DNA of 64,000 nt from Eimeria praecox. Lineage: Eukaryota. Location: positions 6,324,001-6,388,000 of the forward strand of contig OY986946.1 in NCBI GenBank assembly GCA_963920595.1, read 5' to 3'. The position numbers and the translations under genes were made by a program. Within the stretch, counting starts at the first letter, position 1. Every line of letters begins with the position of its first letter. Below are positions 57,731 to 64,000 of this stretch, one piece after another. The notes beneath the pieces were generated by a model. The model was not told the DNA's origin and searched no databases. It worked only from the letters and a program-made list of their open reading frames with translations.

Positions 57731-58810
57731 ATGAAATGTGTACAAGCTCCTCTACGTAGTTTTCTTCATCTTCTGCTGCTGCTGCTGCTCGGGTGTACAG
57801 ACACCTTAGCAGATTTGCCTATTCATGCAACAATTCGAGACATCAAAGGCAGCTGGTAAGAAACATAACTTCTTCTTTTTCTAATTATCTACATCTAAAA
57901 ATATATTTAATTATATTTAGGGGTTTTTACATACATGCATCCATAAACCTCAGCAGCAGCAGCTGCATGTACACCGCAGCACGCATGCAGATTTTACTTT
58001 CTAAGAGGGCGCCTTGCATTTCTTTTTATTATTATTAAAATATGATTAAAAATATATTTACTTATAAGAGAGTCTATTTAATAAAGAGGGGGCTTTCTGT
58101 ATCCTTGCTTTATTCACTTAACTTATTATTTACTTATTTACTTATTTTCTTATTTCGTTTTTTTCCTTGTTTTTCGTTTTTTTTTAATTTTCTATTGAAC
58201 AGTCTTTTCCCTAGAGGCAGTAGTTTCTCTCAGCTATCTTAGGTGTCTATACAAAATATATAAGATATCTATTTAATATATATAATTATATAGATAAAGG
58301 GTATAATATATATACATAAACAAACAAAAAAGAGAAAGGAAGAAAAATAAACATTTGTTCGTTTTTTTTATATTTACAAATCTGCAGTGTTTAGTTTATT
58401 TTATTTATTTGTTTATATATTAGTTTTTTTGTTTTTCTTTTAATTTATCTTTGTTTTTGTTTGTTTACTGTCTACGCAGTTGTATTTTGTGTTTTTTCCT
58501 TGTACTACTACATTTGTATTTCTCTACCTCTTTTCTTTTACCTTCGTCTTCTCTTTTATTTTTTATATTTCTCTTCTTTTAATATCTTTCTTCTTCATTC
58601 TCTCTCTGTCTGTCTGTCTCTCTGTCTCTCTCTTTTCTGTTTTAATATCTTTCTTCTCCTAACAGGGTGTTTTACTTAACTCCTCCCTCCTCAGAGGTGG
58701 TGACGTCGTGCGGGTCTGGCACTCCAAACAAAAATACTCAAAATCTAACTGAAGAATTCGCAGACAGCCGAATATTTTTAGAGAAGAGGGGAGGTAAGAA
58801 TATATATGTA

Positions 58811-58887
<77 letters not shown>

Positions 58888-60512
58888 TGGCTTTGATTCT
58901 TTTTGTTATTCCTTGTTTCCTTATTCTCAGTTTTCTTATTCTTAGTTTTCTTATTCTTTCCCCTATTCTGTTTCTTATTCTTTCTCTCATTATTTTTTTT
59001 ATTACTCTTCTTATTCTTTTTCTTCTCTTTCTTATTCTTTTTCTTATTCTTTTTCCTTTTCTTACTTTTTTTCTTCTTCCCTCTCCCTTCTACTTTTCTC
59101 TTCCCTTCTCTTTCTTTTCTTTCTTTCTCTTCCTTCGAGTGTACTTTCTCTCTCTCTCTCTCTCACTCTGTACCTCTGTCTCTCCATCTCTCCCTCTACC
59201 TCTATCTCTCTCTGTCTTTCTCTCTCTGTCTCTATCTATCTCTCTATCTCTCTATCTATCTATCTATCTCTACCTCTCTTTCTGTCTCCCTTGTTCTTTA
59301 GTCGCGTACGTTTTACTGTTGTTACATCTCGATTTGTTGTTTGTTCTTCTACCGAAGTCCTTCTTTCTTATTTCTTTCTTATTTTTTCTTCTTTTATTTT
59401 ATTTTCTTTCTCGAGGAGTTTTGTCTCTAAAGTATTGCTGCTTCTCTTTGGTGTAAAACAGTGAAGAGCTTGTGTTCTTACTTGTATTTGCATTCGTATT
59501 TATATTTATATTTGTACTTGTATTTATTTGTATTTGTATTTATTTTTATTTTTATTCATTTGTATGTGTATTTATATTTATATCTGTATTTGTATTTGTA
59601 TTCCTAACAACTATTTGTTGGTATAAGAGAAAAAAGCAAAGCAGAATTAAGTTGAACAATCTACACACTACTATAATAATACTGTTAAAAATAACAATCT
59701 AACAATATCATTATTATGTTATTATTATTATTATTATTATTATGAATAGCTGCCAGTCTCACCTTTACATTTATTTCCTGTTATGTGTTTATTTTTGTTT
59801 TTTTCAGGTGTATCGACAGTCCTCGAGTTAGATTTGAGTGATGAGATAATTCCTTACAGCGCCGTCTCTGACACTTCTGATAATCCGCATCGAAGGAGAT
59901 GGGGAGGATTAGCAGTAAGAGACGGAAAAACCAATCTGCAGGGAAGATGGACGACCGTATATGATGAAGGTATACACAGACAAACAACTTGTCATAGTCT
60001 AGGGTTTAGGGGTTAGGGTTTAGGGTTTAGGGTTTAGGGGTTAGAGTTGGGGGTTGAGAGTTTAGGGTTCAGAGCCTAGGGTCTAGATTTTAGGGTTTAG
60101 GGTTTTGATTCTAGGGTTTATAATCAACCCTAGGGATTAGGGTTTAGATTTTAGGGTTTAGGGTTTAGGGTTTGTGTTGTGTGTGTGTGTGTGTGTGTGT
60201 GTGTGTCAGGCTTTGAAGTGTTACTGAAGGACAAGACGAGATTATTTGCGATTCTAAAATATGAAAGAAATGAAAAGTGCGGGGAGGCGAAGGACGGAGA
60301 TCTCGAAGACAGCAATGGGAGGACTGTCTGCTACTCTACTGACCCTTCAAAGACACAGATAGGTTAGTTAGGCCTGTGTTCTGTTTACTTACTTTTGTTT
60401 ATTTATTTATTTATTTGTTTGTTTTAGGAAGTATATTCAGTAAATATGTTGATTTATTATGTAGAACATATAAATATATATGTTTAGTAAACACACTTCA
60501 CGCCTTTCTTTG

Positions 60513-60611
<99 letters not shown>

Positions 60612-61957
60612 CACAGGATAGAGATGAGGAGGTTTGTGTGTTAAGAGAGCTTGAATATGTGTATAGGAGGAGGCGGAGTGTTGCCTGTTTCTCTACTTTT
60701 TGTTTGTTTGTTTTGTTTATATTTGTTTATTTATCTTTCTTTGTTTATCTTTGTTTATCTTCTTTTGTTTGCCTTTGCTTATTTATCTCTTTTTGTTTAT
60801 CTCTGTTTGTTTGAATTCTAATTTCTTGTTTCTTCTTTTTGTGTTTTTCTTGAAATAACAAATATAGTTTTTACGATCTTGTTTTTTGTTTTTCCTTTTC
60901 TTTTATATTTTTTATATTTTTTATTTTTGTATTATTATTTGCAAGCAGATATTTATCTTGTAGTTCTATAGACTGCATTTCTGTGGGATTTTCTGTTTCT
61001 AATCCATCCTTTGTCTACTATTTTCTTCTTTTGTTAGAAATGAAGTAGTAAAGTTTGTCTATGAATGCGTTTGATTCATTGTTTTATGTTTGAGTTTTTG
61101 TTTCTTCCTCGTACTTTTTCTGTTTTTTCTTCTCTATTTTGTTGAATTATACTTCATGCTCTTTCATTTTCTTTTTTTATTTTTATTTTTATTTATTTTA
61201 TTTTATTTTATTTTATTTTCTTGTGTTTTACAGGGTGGTATATAGCGGAGAGAGCGGAGGATGGGTCGACGGTGTCAGGATGTTTTTATGGAGAGAAGAA
61301 GAAATCAGGGAACGAAGGAGATGAAGTTGCAGCTCCTTCATTTGTTTATGTTCAAGGAATCTCAACATTTGAAGAAGATATAAAAGAAGAAGAAAAAGAA
61401 GAAGAAGAAAGAAAAGAAGAAAGAAGTAGAAAACAAAAGAAATATCTTGATTATTTAATTAGCAAGGACTTTGTAGATAAACACAACAGTAATCCAAATA
61501 AAATGTGGGAGGCTGCGTTTAATACGTCTTTCATACAAGAAAATAAGAAACATCTCTCAGCATTTATTAAAGATTTTGGAATTTCCAAAGTAAAACCCGC
61601 TGGTAAGAAAAAATTAATTTTTTTTTGTATTCGTTTATTTATTTCAGGTGTACGTACACCTCAATTTGTTATGTAGGAACTTTAACTCATCATTTCTTTT
61701 TTTCTGTAATTTTGCGTGATTTTTCTTTCTTTTTTTTCTTGAATTTGTTTCTTTTGATCGCATGTTGTATTCTTTTTCAATATTCTACTTCTTCGTGTGT
61801 GCAGTCAGAACAAGCGAAGTATTTCCTTCTTTTCTTCAAGGCGAAGGCCTCGCCTCCAATTCTTCTTCCGCAGCTGCCCAGCTGTACGCATGCCCTTGCA
61901 AGGAGGGTAAGAACAACAATTTATAATATCAGTCATAATTATAACGATACGTATTAG

Positions 61958-62011
<54 letters not shown>

Positions 62012-62492
62012 TGACGTTTAACTAGTTATCAAAACTATATCTTATAATATCTCTTTCAAGCAGAATTTGCATACGACGATATCACCGTCCTCATTTCCTG
62101 CATTGATATCTCGCCTGAGTTTATTACTGATTTATTTATGTTATAATATAATATAATATAATAGAATATGATAGAATATAAAATTATATTAAATACTATA
62201 CTCTACTCTACTATAATATTATATATATTATATTATACTTCGTCTTTCGTATGTGTTTGTCTTAAACTTGAACATCTACAGGCGAAGTCATTCAGGACAG
62301 TCGCTCCCAGTCAACACAACAAGTAGAGGCAATTTTGTCTCCTGTTAGTATGCTGCAGAACACAACCAAAGTAGTAGACGTGAAGGCTCATAATCAGCAG
62401 CAAGACCAGCAGCAGCAGCAGCAACAACAGCAGCAACAGCAGCAGCAGCCTGTACAGCAGCCTGTACAGCAGCCTGTACAGCAACAGCCTGT

Positions 62493-62540
<48 letters not shown>

Positions 62541-62784
62541 ACAGCAGCAGGAAGTTGAGGACGAGATCGATATCGAGCTTCCTGCTTCGTTTGCCTGGCC
62601 GAATCCCTTCACACATCCTTCCTTCTCAGAACCTCCAACGAATCAAGGAGGTTGTGGGAGTTGCTATGCTATTGCTGCTTTGCACGCCATGCAGCAGCGT
62701 TTTGTTATTGCTATGCACAGAGCTCTCACAACCACTACCAGCAGCAGCAGCAGCAGCAGCAGCAGTGACAACAGCAGCAGTGAT

Positions 62785-62817
<33 letters not shown>

Positions 62818-63006
62818 GATGATAATAAGGAGGAGGAGCAGTTAGATAAGAAGCAGATAACATCTGCAGATTTGTTTAAGTTGCTGCAGCAGGAAGTCGT
62901 TCCGCTCTTCTCCTCGCAGTCGGTTCTGTCTTGTTCTTTTTATAATCAAGGATGCCACGGAGGGCTCCCTTATCTAACATCCAAACACGCTAAAGATATA
63001 GGTTAG

Positions 63007-63042
<36 letters not shown>

Positions 63043-63215
63043 CTGTACTTGTTTATCTTTTCATTTATCTTTTAATCTCTCTATTAATCTATCTTTTAAT
63101 CCTCTTATCTGTTGGTTTATCTACTTTTATTTGTTTGTTTATTTGTTTATTTGTTTGTTTATTTATACGCGTGTCTGTGGTTGTATTTGCATTTATATCT
63201 TTTGTATATAAATAC

Positions 63216-63301
<86 letters not shown>

Positions 63302-63561
63302 ATATGTATGCGTGCATCTACACCTGCTGTTCTTTAATACGGGGCTGAGCAAATAAATATTATTCTTATTTATTATTTATTGTATTTATTATTTAGACTA
63401 TTTATTACATTATTAGTTTAAGTTTACTATATTTATAAATATTACTATTATTAAATATTCTATTAATATTTTATTTATTTTATTTTTTAGGTATACTAGC
63501 AGAAGACTGCGTGCCTTACAAAGCCAAAGACAGCATCACTTGTCCGATGCTGCAGCAACCA

Positions 63562-63613
<52 letters not shown>

Positions 63614-64000
63614 ATTCGTTTATTGCTGTTTCTCCTGCTGAGAGTTCTACGGCAAGTTGCCACGACCCTCAAGAAAGATGGTGAGAAGTTTAATTAATTA
63701 ATTAATTAAATTTAATTAATTAAATTTAATTAATTAATTAATTAATTAAATTTAATTAATTAAATTTAATTAATTAATTAATTAATTAAATTAATTAGTT
63801 AATTAATGTGTTTATTTGTTTTGTTTATTTGCTTGTTTGTGTATTTGTTTAATTAACTAATCAATATCATTGTATGTGTAGTTATTTACTTTATTTTATT
63901 TATTTATTCTATTTTATTTATTTGTTTGTCTCTTTTTACTTGTTTAAATAATAATTGTTTAGTTGTTATTAATATGTTTGCTAATCTATGATTTATTATT
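57731..64000 (+). CDS. Cathepsin C / dipeptidyl aminopeptidase (papain family C1A); 3' end lies beyond the window
   Basis: Signal peptide followed by 'ADLPIHA..DIKGSW' (exclusion-domain start), '[13 protein letters not shown]', 'LPASFAW', the active-site segment '[10 protein letters not shown]', and '[22 protein letters not shown]'. Confidence 0.93.
60000..60173 (+). repeat. Degenerate (TTTAGGG)n tract followed by (TG)n, in a cathepsin C intron
   Basis: Direct reading. Confidence 0.92.

Overview
Eukaryotic, intron-rich DNA with the hallmarks of an Eimeria (coccidian apicomplexan) chromosome. The genus is inferred from CAG tracts, interstitial TTTAGGG repeats, gene content and segmentation. 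The window crosses a sharp boundary near 32-33 kb between a repeat-poor segment and a repeat-rich segment. The repeat-poor half holds a YbjQ-like gene, a decayed Ty3/gypsy gag with a putative primer-binding site, a nucleoside phosphorylase, a bL36-like gene, CEPT, two identical U2 snRNA genes in an old 2.33-kb tandem duplication, RPL32, CCp3/LAP1 and a nucleotide-sugar transporter. The repeat-rich half holds a large Mrc1/Claspin-like gene, a degenerate HIT-fold gene, a TSP1/PAN type-I membrane protein and a cathepsin C. The most striking unexplained signal is a 14-bp quasi-palindrome, G(G/C)TGT(A/C)NN(G/T)ACA(C/G)C. I found 13 exact copies and about 10 near copies in the repeat-rich half, many inside coding exons, and no exact copy in the repeat-poor half. 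Telomere-like tracts also sit just downstream of splice donors and switch strand around 45-48 kb. Gene models were assembled by eye and no database search was possible.
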